Counted from the whole stretch's first letter, positions 1 to 10,450 are shown. The stretch: DNA of 60,998 nt, filler included, from 6 parts of 6 records of this genome joined end to end with filler, not necessarily neighbours in it; one strand, 5' to 3'. Notes: a model not told the origin generated them from the letters alone. Made by a program: numbers and translations.

Positions 1-1067
1 TTTTTTCTAAAAGGTTCAGACTCTTTTTCATCTAAACCGATGATGTTACGACGATATGATTGTAGAGCTTGTTTCTTTTCACTTTCAAATAAATCTCTAT
101 TATTTGCTAGTTTTGAATTATATATACTGATGGCTTCATGAGAAGATTTGGTAATCTTTACTTTTTTATCCTCATATTGTTGATGGATGTTTTCAAATTT
201 TTGATCTAGCGCTTCTAATTTTTCGACATATGAAGCTTTAAGTGTGGCAATTTTAGATTGGTATGAGTCATCTAAAATTTTAATATTTTCAGCGATGGGT
301 GCATTAAGTTTATCAAGTGATTTATCTAATTTAATAAGAGAACGTTGATATACTTTATTTAGATAATTAATCTTTTGGTTAATTTCGATATTTGTATCAT
401 TAAATACTTTTTTTATGTCAACATAAATATTATTGTTTCTATCTTTTTCACTTTGAATATTAAGATTAATTTCAGAAATACCTTGATCCATGACTTCTTT
501 AATAACTACTTTTTGTTTTTCATATTTTTCTTGTTGGTGTTCGAAGTTATGTTTTAAACTTTGTTCAGTACTTTGAAATTCTTGTTGTATATCTGATACG
601 ACTTTGATATCTTCTTGTTTAAATTGTTTATAGGTTTGTTCTAAGTCACTTAATTGTTTATGGAGTTTTTGCTTAGCATCTTGTATTTTAGATGCTATAG
701 TTTCTTTTAGTTTTGCTCGATCATCTATGCATGTATCAACAAGCATTTGATGATTTGAAATGATTTCTTTTTGTTTTTTTAAAAGGATACGGTGCTGATC
801 GAGTATTTCTTCGGTGTTTTTTTCTACAATGACATGATTGGCACGTAAATATTTATCTTCTAAAATTTGATAATCTTCACTAATTGCATTTTGACGTGCT
901 AAAAAAAGTGAGTTTGCACCATTGTCAAGTTCACTTTGTGCATTTAAAAAAGGTTTAAAAAGTTTGAGTTCTTTTGTAAATAATTTATAGATTGGATCAT
1001 ATAATTTATCATCATTAACCTTTTGTTTAAATGTTGTTTGGAATTGTTTGATTTTGTCTGCTTCCAA
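1..1067 (-). CDS. Large coiled-coil hypothetical protein, 5' part only (runs off window start)
   Basis: Manual translation: TTG at 1067 after AGGATGTG, open frame to position 3 (MEADKIKQFQTTFKQKVNDD...), K/E/Q/L-rich helical composition. Absent from the ORF track because it has no stop in the window. Confidence 0.8.
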   Translation of the reverse strand, partial: MEADKIKQFQTTFKQKVNDDKLYDPIYKLFTKELKLFKPFLNAQSELDNGANSLFLARQNAISEDYQILEDKYLRANHVIVEKNTEEILDQHRILLKKQKEIISNHQMLVDTCIDDRAKLKETIASKIQDAKQKLHKQLSDLEQTYKQFKQEDIKVVSDIQQEFQSTEQSLKHNFEHQQEKYEKQKVVIKEVMDQGISEINLNIQSEKDRNNNIYVDIKKVFNDTNIEINQKINYLNKVYQRSLIKLDKSLDKLNAPIAENIKILDDSYQSKIATLKASYVEKLEALDQKFENIHQQYEDKKVKITKSSHEAISIYNSKLANNRDLFESEKKQALQSYRRNIIGLDEKESEPFRK

Positions 1068-1174
1068 GCGTCATCACATCCTATTTTCATTATATCATAA
1101 TCAGATGTTATGATAGAAAAAACACTAAAAAAATGATATAATTATTATAGAAATATGAAAGGCAGTAAAAAATT

Positions 1175-1729
1175 ATGTACGCTTATGTGAAAGGTTTTAT
1201 TAAAAGCATTAAACCGACTCATGTCGTTGTTGAAAATCATGACATCGGCTATAAAATATTATCGCCTTATCCTTATCAATATCAGCTTGATGAATCAGTG
1301 ATTATTTATACGTATCATTATGTTAGAGATGATGCTATTCATTTATATGGGTTTAACTCTGTAGAAGGTCATGATTTATTTGTAAAGCTTATTGGTGTAT
1401 CAGGGATTGGACCTAAATCTGCACTATCCATACTTGCGACAAATCAAATTGATGAAGTCGTCATGGCTATTGAGCAAGCAGATGTCAAATACTTAACGAA
1501 ATTTCCAGGTATCGGTTCTAAAAGTGCACAACAAATTATTCTTGATTTAAAAGGAAAACTTGTCACTGATGAACAAACACTAATACCTACACAAGAAAGT
1601 GATGTCATCCAAGCTTTATCTGCACTTGGATATAATAAAACAGAAATTCGAAAAGTTATGAAAAAAATTAATGCTGATCAAAGTGTTGAAGAAATGATCA
1701 AAGAAGCATTACAATTACTCATTAAATAG
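1175..1729 (+). CDS. ruvA: Holliday junction branch migration protein RuvA
   Basis: MYAYVKG start, LYGF motif, [10 protein letters not shown] and [10 protein letters not shown] HhH motifs, ALSALGY C-terminal domain; directly upstream of ruvB. Confidence 0.97.
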   Translation: MYAYVKGFIKSIKPTHVVVENHDIGYKILSPYPYQYQLDESVIIYTYHYVRDDAIHLYGFNSVEGHDLFVKLIGVSGIGPKSALSILATNQIDEVVMAIEQADVKYLTKFPGIGSKSAQQIILDLKGKLVTDEQTLIPTQESDVIQALSALGYNKTEIRKVMKKINADQSVEEMIKEALQLLIK

Positions 1730-1737
1730 AGGTGTTT

Positions 1738-2748
1738 ATGGATAAAGATAGAATCATTACAGCCATGTCAACTAAAGAAGATGAAGATCAAACTTTAAGA
1801 CCTCAGTTGCTTGATCAATATATTGGGCAAAGCAACATTAAAGAGATGCTTGATGTTTATATTAAAGCTGCACTTAAACGTGAAGAAGCACTTGATCATA
1901 TGCTCTTATATGGTCCTCCGGGGCTTGGGAAAACAACATTGGCACAAATTGTCGCTCATGAACTTGATGTTCAAATCAAAGTCACAAGTGGACCAGCAAT
2001 TGAACGCAGTGGTGATTTAGCAGCTGTATTATCATCATTAAATCCTGGAGATGTCTTATTTATTGATGAAATTCATCGATTACCAAGATTTGTTGAAGAA
2101 GTGCTCTATGGTGCAATGGAAGACTATGTTTTAGATATTGTGATTGGGAAAGATCAAGAATCAAGATCAATTCGTATTGATCTTCCACCATTTACGTTAA
2201 TTGGAGCAACCACTAGATTTGGAGACCTCTCAGCACCACTTAGAGATCGATTTGGCGTTGTTTTTAGATTATCTTATTATAATCAAAAGGAATTAGAACA
2301 AATCGTGAGAAGAACATCAAAAGTTTATCAAAATGAAATTGATGAGGATGCTGTCCAATCACTTGCAAGACGTTCACGTGGTACACCAAGAATTGCCAAT
2401 AGACTTTTTAGACGTGTTAGAGATTTTGCGGAAATTATCGGCGATGGCATTATTACTGAAAAAATTACAACGCACGCATTATCCAAATTAGGTATTGATC
2501 AAAATGGACTTGATCATACAGATTATAGATATTTAAAATCAATTGTTGAAAAATTTAAAGGTGGTCCAGTTGGTATTGAAACCATTGCTGCATCAATCGG
2601 TGAAGAAATTACTACAGTTGAAGATGTTTATGAACCATACTTACTCATGGAAGGATATATTCAACGTACGCCAAGAGGAAGAGTAGCAACAGAAAAAACA
2701 TATGATGCATTAGGCATTAAGTATTATAAAGGACTATTTGAAAAATGA
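1738..2748 (+). CDS. ruvB: Holliday junction branch migration ATPase RuvB
   Basis: LRP, Walker [41 protein letters not shown] 1738 follows GAGGTG; an alternative GTG start lies at 1732. Confidence 0.98.
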   Translation: MDKDRIITAMSTKEDEDQTLRPQLLDQYIGQSNIKEMLDVYIKAALKREEALDHMLLYGPPGLGKTTLAQIVAHELDVQIKVTSGPAIERSGDLAAVLSSLNPGDVLFIDEIHRLPRFVEEVLYGAMEDYVLDIVIGKDQESRSIRIDLPPFTLIGATTRFGDLSAPLRDRFGVVFRLSYYNQKELEQIVRRTSKVYQNEIDEDAVQSLARRSRGTPRIANRLFRRVRDFAEIIGDGIITEKITTHALSKLGIDQNGLDHTDYRYLKSIVEKFKGGPVGIETIAASIGEEITTVEDVYEPYLLMEGYIQRTPRGRVATEKTYDALGIKYYKGLFEK

Positions 2749-3761
2749 AAGTAAGCGAATTTGATTTTAATTTACCAGAGCATTTGATTGCACAACATCC
2801 AAGTGATAAACGTGATCATTCACGATTAATGGTTGTTGATCGAGAAAAACAAACATTATCACATCAACATTTTTATGATATTATTGATTATTTAGATGAA
2901 AATGATGTGCTTATTTTAAATAATACAAAAGTCTTACCAGCAAGACTGATGGGTGAAAAAGAAGAAACACAAGCACTCATTGAAATCTTATTATTAAAAG
3001 AGATAGAAAAAGATACATGGGATGCACTTGCAAAACCAGCAAGACGTGTTAAGCTAGGCACTAAAATAAAATTTGGCAATCTTTTAGAAGCAACTTGTGT
3101 TGCAATTAAAGATGAAGGCATTAGAACATTTAAAATGAGTTATCAAGGCATATTTATTGAGGTACTAGAAGCACTTGGTACAATGCCACTTCCACCATAT
3201 ATTCATGAACAACTTTTAGAACAAAACCGTTATCAAACTGTTTATGCAAAAGATCCTGGTAGTGCTGCAGCACCAACTGCAGGATTACACTTCACAAAGG
3301 AACTCTTACAAAAGATTGAAGATAAAGGTGTTGAAATCATTGATGTGACATTAAACGTTGGTCTTGGCACATTTAGACCAGTAAAAGTTGATGATATCAA
3401 AGATCATCATATGCATCAAGAAACATATAGCATATCAGATGTATCAGCTAAACGTCTAAATCTTGCAAAATCAAGTGGAAAAAGACTGATTTGTGTAGGT
3501 ACGACATCACTTAGAACATTAGAAGCGAATTATCAAGATGGATTTCATCCAGGAACATTTGATACATCCATATTTATATTTCCTGGATACACATTTAAAG
3601 CATGTGATGCTTTAATCACTAATTTCCATTTGCCTAAATCGACTTTATTAATGTTGGTCAGTGCATTATCATCAAAATCTTTGATGAAAAAAGCTTATCA
3701 AGCAGCCATAGATGAATCTTATCGTTTTTTCTCATTTGGAGATTCAATGTTTATCAAGTAA
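2745..3761 (+). CDS. queA: tRNA preQ1(34) S-adenosylmethionine ribosyltransferase-isomerase
   Basis: [53 protein letters not shown] motifs. Confidence 0.97.
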   Translation: MKVSEFDFNLPEHLIAQHPSDKRDHSRLMVVDREKQTLSHQHFYDIIDYLDENDVLILNNTKVLPARLMGEKEETQALIEILLLKEIEKDTWDALAKPARRVKLGTKIKFGNLLEATCVAIKDEGIRTFKMSYQGIFIEVLEALGTMPLPPYIHEQLLEQNRYQTVYAKDPGSAAAPTAGLHFTKELLQKIEDKGVEIIDVTLNVGLGTFRPVKVDDIKDHHMHQETYSISDVSAKRLNLAKSSGKRLICVGTTSLRTLEANYQDGFHPGTFDTSIFIFPGYTFKACDALITNFHLPKSTLLMLVSALSSKSLMKKAYQAAIDESYRFFSFGDSMFIK

Positions 3762-3790
3762 TTGAAATCAAACTGAAAAGCATGTATAAT
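3762..3790 (+). promoter_or_regulatory. Sigma70-type promoter for the EIIB-like/ptsH genes
   Basis: TTGAAA-17 nt-TATAAT, 18 nt upstream of the 3809 start. Confidence 0.7.
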
Positions 3791-3808
3791 TAACATGAGG
3801 TTATATTT

Positions 3809-4174
3809 ATGAATATTACATATCAATTTATTTATTTGCAATTATCAAGTATAGCGACAATTTTAATTGTATCATTAGTTGTTCTGGTACTATCAGCATT
3901 AATCACTGCATTTTTCTTGATTAAATCACAAAATAAGACAGTGGATAGGCAATATCTTATAAAGATTAAAGATGCACTTGGTGCATCTAATATCGAAAAT
4001 GTATCATTAGAAAAGCAACGTGTACAAATTATTGTTAAAGATACCACGAAGATTAATGCAACATTTTTCACAAGTGAAAAACTACCAGCTTTTATCAGTG
4101 GTAATAAAATAACTGTTCTTTTTAAAGAGAACGCAAAAGAAATTTACCAATTTCTTATAAGTAAAGGAGCTTAA
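3809..4174 (+). CDS. Membrane-anchored PTS EIIB-like protein lacking the phospho-acceptor Cys
   Basis: N-terminal TM helix, then ALGASNIENVSLEKQRVQIIVKD, resembling the glucose-family EIIB consensus ALGGxxNIxxxxxCxTRLR; adjacent to HPr. Confidence 0.6.
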   Translation: MNITYQFIYLQLSSIATILIVSLVVLVLSALITAFFLIKSQNKTVDRQYLIKIKDALGASNIENVSLEKQRVQIIVKDTTKINATFFTSEKLPAFISGNKITVLFKENAKEIYQFLISKGA

Positions 4175-4176
4175 CC

Positions 4177-4446
4177 ATGAAAAAAACTTTTTTAGTCACA
4201 TCTGAGTATGGGATTCATGCCAGACCAGCAACAAGATTAGTAAACTTAGCCATGAGTTTTGAATCAGAAATTATGTTAGAAGCAATGGGTAAAACAGTCA
4301 ATTTAAAATCAATTATGGGACTTATGTCATTAGGTATCTATAAGGGTGAAGAAATTACCGTTTCAGTTGAAGGTGAAGATCAAGAAAAAGCGATATCTGC
4401 CATTTCAGATTTTGTCATCACTGAAGGTTTAGGAAGACTTGCATAA
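4177..4446 (+). CDS. ptsH: Phosphocarrier protein HPr
   Basis: GIHARPA (His15) and KSIMGLMSLG (Ser46) motifs; 89 aa. Confidence 0.95.
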   Translation: MKKTFLVTSEYGIHARPATRLVNLAMSFESEIMLEAMGKTVNLKSIMGLMSLGIYKGEEITVSVEGEDQEKAISAISDFVITEGLGRLA

Positions 4447-4470
4447 GTGGTAGAATTTCTACCACTTTGT
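4445..4470 (+). terminator. Hairpin, probable intrinsic terminator after ptsH
   Basis: AAGTGGTAGA-ATT-TCTACCACTT perfect 10-bp stem with a short T tail. Confidence 0.6.
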
Positions 4471-4481
4471 TATATACATTT

Positions 4482-5087
4482 ATGAGACAAAAAAAATTAA
4501 GTTTTGTGACCATTGATTTACTTAAAAGTAAAGGTGTGATCACAGATATCGAAAAACTCAATATTGATAAAGAAAAAAAAGTTCATTTAGAAGTCGGAAG
4601 TGGAAAAGGACAGTTTATATCACGTCTAGCCAAAGATCATCCAAATGAGTTTTTTATTGCTTTTGAACTCAATATGTCTGTACTTTATAGAATTGTTGAA
4701 AAACGTGATCAACTCGGTTTAGACAACTTAGCAATTATTTTAGGCAATGCAAATGATTTATTATCTTATTTTGATGATCAAGTCATTGATCATATTTATC
4801 TCAATTTTTCTGATCCATGGCCTAAAAAGAAACATCACAAGCGAAGACTGACATACACAAGCTTTCTAAATATGTATTTAAATGTATTAAAAGATGATGG
4901 TTTGTTACAGTTTAGAACAGATGTTAGACCGTTTTTTGATGATAGTATTGATTATATTGACCCTTTATTTGATATATATGATATTAATTATCAATTAGAA
5001 GAAAGTCACTACATGACAGAATATGAAGAAAAAAAGAGAAAAATCACATCAATTAATCAATTAAAAGGACGTAAAAAACATGATTAA
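4482..5087 (+). CDS. trmB: tRNA (guanine-N7)-methyltransferase
   Basis: LEVGSGKG SAM motif, LNFSDPWPKKKHHKRRL, FRTD, TEYE. Confidence 0.95.
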   Translation: MRQKKLSFVTIDLLKSKGVITDIEKLNIDKEKKVHLEVGSGKGQFISRLAKDHPNEFFIAFELNMSVLYRIVEKRDQLGLDNLAIILGNANDLLSYFDDQVIDHIYLNFSDPWPKKKHHKRRLTYTSFLNMYLNVLKDDGLLQFRTDVRPFFDDSIDYIDPLFDIYDINYQLEESHYMTEYEEKKRKITSINQLKGRKKHD

Positions 5088-6132
5088 TCAATTATATATC
5101 GATTTATTTAATATCGAAGCAACTTCTAGTTTTGAACAACCTGTTGCTAACTATTTTAAAAACTTTATTAAAGATTACCCATCATATGACATAAAACGAG
5201 ATAAACTGGGATCTATATTTGCGTATAAAAAATCAAGTATCCAGGATGCACCGGTTGTGATGGTCGCAGGGCATATGGATGAAGTAGGATTGATGGTTTC
5301 AGGGATCACTTCATATGGGATGCTTAAATGTATTAATATTGGTGGACTCGCTGGTGAAACATTTATATCTCAAGTATTAAATGTTCACACAAAAGAAGGT
5401 GTCATTAAAGGTGTTATTGGTGCACTACCTCCACATCTTAGAACATCTCAATCCACTAAAATTTCTGATCTATTATTAGATATTGGTGCATCTTCTAAAG
5501 AAGAAGCTCAATCTTTTGGTGTTGAAATTGGTAATATGGTACTATTTGATAATCCGTTTGCTTATACAAAAAATCCAAATCGTATAATTTCTAAAGCCAT
5601 TGACAATAGATATGGCTGTGGTCTAGCACTTGAAGTTATTAAATACTTTGATCAAAAAGACTTACCATTTGATTTAGTTGTTGGTGCAACCGTTCAAGAA
5701 GAAGTCGGACTTAGAGGTGCTGAAACATCAGTAAATTTAATTAAACCCGATGTATTCTTAGCACTTGATGCATCACCTGTTAATGATCACTCTACTGCTG
5801 AGCCGTTAGGCGCACTTAATGAAGGATTTTTAGTAAGAATATATGACCCAAGAAACACCATGCACCAAGGCATGTTATCTTATATGACAAATCTTGCAGA
5901 AAATAATGATATTAAATATCAATATTTTGTATCAAAAGGTGGTACCGATGCAGCAAAAGCACTTGATAGTCTCAATGGTGTACTTGCAACAACGATAGGA
6001 CTTCCTGCAAGATATATCCACTCAACAGCTGCAATGATGGATATCAGAGATTTAGATGCAGCAAGACAGATGATATTTACAATGTTAGAAGATTTAGATA
6101 AACAAAAAATTGAAATAATGAAAGGAGCTTAA
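5080..6132 (+). CDS. M42 family metallo-aminopeptidase
   Basis: AGHMDEVG, KAIDNR, QEEVGLRGA, GGTDA, RYIHS motifs. Confidence 0.93.
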   Translation: MINQLYIDLFNIEATSSFEQPVANYFKNFIKDYPSYDIKRDKLGSIFAYKKSSIQDAPVVMVAGHMDEVGLMVSGITSYGMLKCINIGGLAGETFISQVLNVHTKEGVIKGVIGALPPHLRTSQSTKISDLLLDIGASSKEEAQSFGVEIGNMVLFDNPFAYTKNPNRIISKAIDNRYGCGLALEVIKYFDQKDLPFDLVVGATVQEEVGLRGAETSVNLIKPDVFLALDASPVNDHSTAEPLGALNEGFLVRIYDPRNTMHQGMLSYMTNLAENNDIKYQYFVSKGGTDAAKALDSLNGVLATTIGLPARYIHSTAAMMDIRDLDAARQMIFTMLEDLDKQKIEIMKGA

Positions 6133-6133
6133 C

Positions 6134-6976
6134 ATGAAAAATATGACATTAAACAATGGTGTTAAAATGCCACAATTAGGCATTGGCACATTTTTAGTTA
6201 AAGATGGTGAAACAGCTTATGAAACCGTTAAATATGCTTTAGAAGTCGGTTACAGACATATTGATACTGCACAAATGTATCGCAATGAGGCAAGTATAGG
6301 TCAAGCCATCAAAGATTCAAACATGGATCGAAAAGATATATTTATTACAACAAAACAAGGTAGAACAGGTGATGTTACTTACATGGAAAATCAACTGAAT
6401 CAATCACTAAAAGACCTACAAACAGATTATGTTGATCTCTATTTAATCCATTGGCCAAATCAAGATTATCAAATTAATAGAAACACATGGAAATTTTTTG
6501 AACGTATTTATAAAGAAGGAAAAGCTAGAGCTATTGGTATCTCAAATTTCCAAATACATATGATTAATGATTTACTCAAAGAAGCAACTGTTATTCCAGC
6601 AGTTAATCAAGTAGAATGTCATCCAGGTTTATCACAAGTACCTTTAAAAAAATATTTAGATGATAAAGGTATTCAATTAGAATCATATGGTCCATTTATG
6701 CGTGGACAAGTCTTTGAAGGACGTTACAGAGAAGCATTAGAACCGATTGCAAAAAAATATGATAAATCAATTGCACAAATCGTCATTACATGGGGATTAC
6801 ATAAAGGATTTGTTATGATTCCAAAGTCTCAAACACCTTCAAGAATTAAATCTAATTTTGAAGCACAATATATCGAATTGTCAGAAGAAGATATTAAAGC
6901 TATTGATGCTTTAAGTCATGGTACTCGTGTTTATACAGATCCTGATAATAGCTTATGGGGAGCGTATATAAAATAA
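6134..6976 (+). CDS. Aldo/keto reductase
   Basis: GYRHIDTAQMY, DLYLIHWP, IGISNF, NQVECHP, IPKS motifs. Confidence 0.95.
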   Translation: MKNMTLNNGVKMPQLGIGTFLVKDGETAYETVKYALEVGYRHIDTAQMYRNEASIGQAIKDSNMDRKDIFITTKQGRTGDVTYMENQLNQSLKDLQTDYVDLYLIHWPNQDYQINRNTWKFFERIYKEGKARAIGISNFQIHMINDLLKEATVIPAVNQVECHPGLSQVPLKKYLDDKGIQLESYGPFMRGQVFEGRYREALEPIAKKYDKSIAQIVITWGLHKGFVMIPKSQTPSRIKSNFEAQYIELSEEDIKAIDALSHGTRVYTDPDNSLWGAYIK

Positions 6977-6995
6977 GACCTTTTGGTCTTTTTTT
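6975..6995 (+). terminator. Intrinsic terminator
   Basis: AAGACC-TTTT-GGTCTT followed by a T run, right after the AKR stop. Confidence 0.75.
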
Positions 6996-6996
6996 A

Positions 6997-7024
6997 TTGA
7001 AAAAAATATTATTTCATGTATAAT
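6997..7024 (+). promoter_or_regulatory. Sigma70-type promoter of panT-coaX
   Basis: TTGAAA-16 nt-TATAAT. Confidence 0.6.
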
Positions 7025-7033
7025 ATGAATGAC

Positions 7034-7057
7034 TTATGAGACCCGAAAGGGCTTAAA
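7034..7057 (+). ncRNA. Candidate pan-motif-like cis-regulatory hairpin
   Basis: UU[A]UGAG[A]CCC-GAAA-GGGCUUAAA has two bulged A residues on the 5' side. It lies between the promoter and RBS of pantothenate uptake/kinase genes. Confidence 0.45.
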
Positions 7058-7071
7058 AAGGAGAAAAGAAA

Positions 7072-7851
7072 ATGAAAAAGAATAATATTTATGATTTAGT
7101 GTTAACATCAGTTTTTGCTGCAATTATTTTAGTGATGAGTTTTGTACCATTTTTAGGTTTTATTACTATTGGACCTGTCTCTATGACAATCATCCATATT
7201 CCAGTATTGATTGGTGTTTTTTTGTTGCCAAAAAGATATAGCTGGATGCTCGGACTATTTTTTGGATTAGGTTCATTTATGAGAAGTTTTGCTAATACTG
7301 GTGTGCTTGATCCTGCATTTCAAAATCCATTAGTTTCTGTATTACCACGTGTATTGTTTGCAGTTTCTGCAGCATGGTTATTTGAATTTTTTAGATGGAT
7401 TAATATAAAATTTGCTGGTAAAAATTATATATTTTTTGCGATTGTATCATTATTTACAGTTCTAGGATTTTACTATGGTGGTATTGCCATCGTTGATTTA
7501 ATCGGGTGGTCTAAAAATGTCGTCATGCCTATGATATTAATCCTAGCCATTGTGTTCTTAGCGCTATATTATTATATGCTAGAAAAATTAAATAAACCAC
7601 GATTAATCTTTATCCCAACAACTTTTTTACTTGCAACTGTTGTTCATACTATTTTAACACTTGCAGCAGTAGGCATATTTGCATTTGATTTTATTAATGA
7701 CTATTATGCATCTGTAGACGCTATTATTAATTTTATTTTCGTTACTGCAATGACTAATGGTTTATTAGAAGCACTTTTAGCAGTTATTGTTGGTGCGCCA
7801 ATCGTTTATGCTATCAGTGAATCTAAATTAACAGTGGGTCTAACTTTTTAG
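7072..7851 (+). CDS. panT: ECF transporter S component, probably pantothenate-specific
   Basis: PFLGFI, TIIHIPVLIG, NPLVSVLPR, NGLLEA signatures; multiple TM helices; directly upstream of coaX. Confidence 0.8.
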   Translation: MKKNNIYDLVLTSVFAAIILVMSFVPFLGFITIGPVSMTIIHIPVLIGVFLLPKRYSWMLGLFFGLGSFMRSFANTGVLDPAFQNPLVSVLPRVLFAVSAAWLFEFFRWINIKFAGKNYIFFAIVSLFTVLGFYYGGIAIVDLIGWSKNVVMPMILILAIVFLALYYYMLEKLNKPRLIFIPTTFLLATVVHTILTLAAVGIFAFDFINDYYASVDAIINFIFVTAMTNGLLEALLAVIVGAPIVYAISESKLTVGLTF

Positions 7852-7868
7852 AATGAGGAAGTGATTTT

Positions 7869-8615
7869 ATGATTTTATTATTTGATGTAGGAAATACCAA
7901 TATTTCAATTGGTATATCAGATGGATTCAAAATAGTGGATACGTTTAGATTAAACACTATTGTGACTAAAACAGCAGATGAATATTACATGCAACTTAAA
8001 GATGTCCTATCTTTATATGACATTAAACAAGTAGCAATCTCATCAGTCGTACCAAGGATTACTGAAAAACTTGTACAAATCAGTGAGAAAAGATATCACA
8101 TCACACCATTAGTCATTGGACCTGGTGTTAAAACTGGGATTAATATTAAAACAGATCATCCAAGAGAAGTAGGCGCTGATTTAATATGTGATGCAGCAGG
8201 TGTAGATGATGAAAAACAATCCACGCTAATCATTGATTTAGGTACTGCGATTAAATATATCTATGTCAAAAATAAAACAATCAAAGGTGTGGTTATCACA
8301 CCAGGTGTATCTATATCCATTAAAGCACTTGTAGGTAATACTGCATTATTACCTGATATTGATATTACAGTACCAAAAAAAGTTCTAGGAACGAATACAG
8401 TACAATGTATGCAATCTGGCGTCACTTATGGTGTCGCATCACAAGTCGATGGCTTAATAGAGCGTATTAAAGATGAAGTTAATGAACATTTTGATGTAAT
8501 TTTAACGGGTGGTCTATCACAAACGATTGCACCTTTATGTAAGCATAAAATTACAAGAGATCCAGATTTAATCTTAAAAGGACTCTACAAAATATTTATA
8601 AAAAATCAAAACTAA
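7869..8615 (+). CDS. coaX: Type III pantothenate kinase
   Basis: DVGNTN, SSVVP, VGAD, IDLGTA, LTGG motifs. Confidence 0.95.
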   Translation: MILLFDVGNTNISIGISDGFKIVDTFRLNTIVTKTADEYYMQLKDVLSLYDIKQVAISSVVPRITEKLVQISEKRYHITPLVIGPGVKTGINIKTDHPREVGADLICDAAGVDDEKQSTLIIDLGTAIKYIYVKNKTIKGVVITPGVSISIKALVGNTALLPDIDITVPKKVLGTNTVQCMQSGVTYGVASQVDGLIERIKDEVNEHFDVILTGGLSQTIAPLCKHKITRDPDLILKGLYKIFIKNQN

Positions 8616-8618
8616 TGT

Positions 8619-8647
8619 AAAAATCCTATTTCACATAGGATTTTTTT
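8619..8647 (+). terminator. Intrinsic terminator
   Basis: AAAAATCCTAT-TTCAC-ATAGGATTTTT plus T run after coaX. Confidence 0.8.
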
Positions 8648-8726
8648 ATATTTTAAAATGATTTGCGTTATAATAGAGTATAGATATTTATATCTATAAA
8701 TTTAATGAGATGATTTAGGTGAATAT

Positions 8727-10367
8727 ATGGATAAAAAAAAGACATTTAAAGATTATGCAATTGTAAAACTTATCATGAAATATTATAAACAAGAAATACT
8801 AGTGATTAATCTTGCGTTAATGGTAGGATTTTATTTTTATATTATTAATATTGATGCACCACTCAATCATTTGGCGTATACACATATATTTTATATACCT
8901 ATTGTATTAGTTGGTAGTATTGTTGGTCCTTATGCAGGACTTGCTGTTGGTTTATTTGCCGGTATTTTAGCAGGTCCATTGATGCCACTTGATAACATTG
9001 GCTCGGGTTTAGCACAAGAAATTCCCGATTGGTTTTTTAGATTATTTATGCTATCTGTCGTTGGACTTTTATCGGGTATGCTCTCATCGGACTACCAAAA
9101 ACTTAGTAAAAAGATGGAAAATTATTTAATTCAGCATCCTGATAGTAATTTGTATAATATTAATGCACTAAAACATTTAAAACTTAGCGATGGTGAAGTT
9201 TATATGTTTTCAACGATACTGATTGAAAATTATGAAATGATCACGGAAGTATTAGGTTATAAAGCTTATTATGACTTTTTAAATCTGATAAAATCAAGAA
9301 TACAATCTGTTTATAAAGATACATATATTATATTCCCAGAAGAGCGCAGACTTTGGATATTAAAAAAATCAGGCGATTATAGAGATGAAATCCAAAATAT
9401 TGTAAATATTATGGATCATATTAAAGATAATGTCGAACAACGTCTATTTGTCAACTTTGGTCTTGGCTTTGATACAAGATTATATCAACAGGGTGATGAT
9501 CTTGCACAATACTTTATTTCAACTGATATGACAGCACGAGAAGCGATTAAACGTCACATCTTATATTTAAGATATTCTAATTTAAAATCTGATTCTAGAC
9601 AAGAATATGAATTATCCTATGACTTTAGAGAAGATTTAGATAAAGGTTTTGTCTTTATGTATTATCAACCTAAAATCAACCTTAACACTGGAAAACCAGA
9701 ATCATTAGAAGCATTGATTCGTTGGGAAAGAAACGGTGAATTAATACCACCTAATGAATTTATTCCTGTCTTAGAAAAAACATCTTTAATTCAAGAATTA
9801 ACAAAAAATGTATTAGTATGGGCGATAGAATATCATATTGAATTAAGAGAAAAAGGCATGTATATTCCTATTGCGATTAATATTAGTGCAAAAAATTTAT
9901 ATGATACGAGTTTTTACACACATATGATGGCTATCTTTAATCAATATGACATTAAACCTAAGGCCATTGAAATCGAAGTGACAGAAACAGTATTGGTCTC
10001 TGATTATGACCAAATACGAGCAAATCTTCAAAGATTTTATGATAAAGGTTTTAAAATATCTATTGATGATTTTGGTCAAGGATATTCATCACTTTCATAT
10101 TTATCTAAATACCCGTTTACTGGTTTAAAAATCGATCAAGCTTTTGCTAAAGATATTTTAACCAATCAAGCAAATCAAAAAATTGTTAAATCAACGATTC
10201 AGCTTGCAAACGATTTAGATTTAGATGTGACCGTTGAAGGTGTTGAAGATAAAGAAGTTGCTGATTTAATGAAATCATATCGTTGTAAATATGCACAAGG
10301 ATATTATTACAAAAAACCAATGAATAAAGAGACATCAACTATATATTTAGCAAACGAATTATTATAA
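8727..10367 (+). CDS. Membrane-bound EAL-domain c-di-GMP phosphodiesterase with degenerate GGDEF-like middle domain
   Basis: About 4 N-terminal TM helices; YYQPK, EALIRW, INIS, IEVTE, IDDFGQGYSSL, LKID, EGVE, QGYY motifs; no GG(D/E)EF motif. Confidence 0.9.
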   Translation: MDKKKTFKDYAIVKLIMKYYKQEILVINLALMVGFYFYIINIDAPLNHLAYTHIFYIPIVLVGSIVGPYAGLAVGLFAGILAGPLMPLDNIGSGLAQEIPDWFFRLFMLSVVGLLSGMLSSDYQKLSKKMENYLIQHPDSNLYNINALKHLKLSDGEVYMFSTILIENYEMITEVLGYKAYYDFLNLIKSRIQSVYKDTYIIFPEERRLWILKKSGDYRDEIQNIVNIMDHIKDNVEQRLFVNFGLGFDTRLYQQGDDLAQYFISTDMTAREAIKRHILYLRYSNLKSDSRQEYELSYDFREDLDKGFVFMYYQPKINLNTGKPESLEALIRWERNGELIPPNEFIPVLEKTSLIQELTKNVLVWAIEYHIELREKGMYIPIAINISAKNLYDTSFYTHMMAIFNQYDIKPKAIEIEVTETVLVSDYDQIRANLQRFYDKGFKISIDDFGQGYSSLSYLSKYPFTGLKIDQAFAKDILTNQANQKIVKSTIQLANDLDLDVTVEGVEDKEVADLMKSYRCKYAQGYYYKKPMNKETSTIYLANELL

Positions 10368-10450
10368 ATTGATAATAAGTAGCATAAAATGTCTACATAA
10401 ATAAGATACATAAGAAAGAAAGGAAATATATTTTGTTTGAATGATTTCAA

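Noticed and set aside
1-10450. Genetic code 4 (UGA=Trp) in the Mollicute-like contig
   Set aside because: ruvB ends in TGA overlapping the queA ATG, and all genes translate fully with code 11
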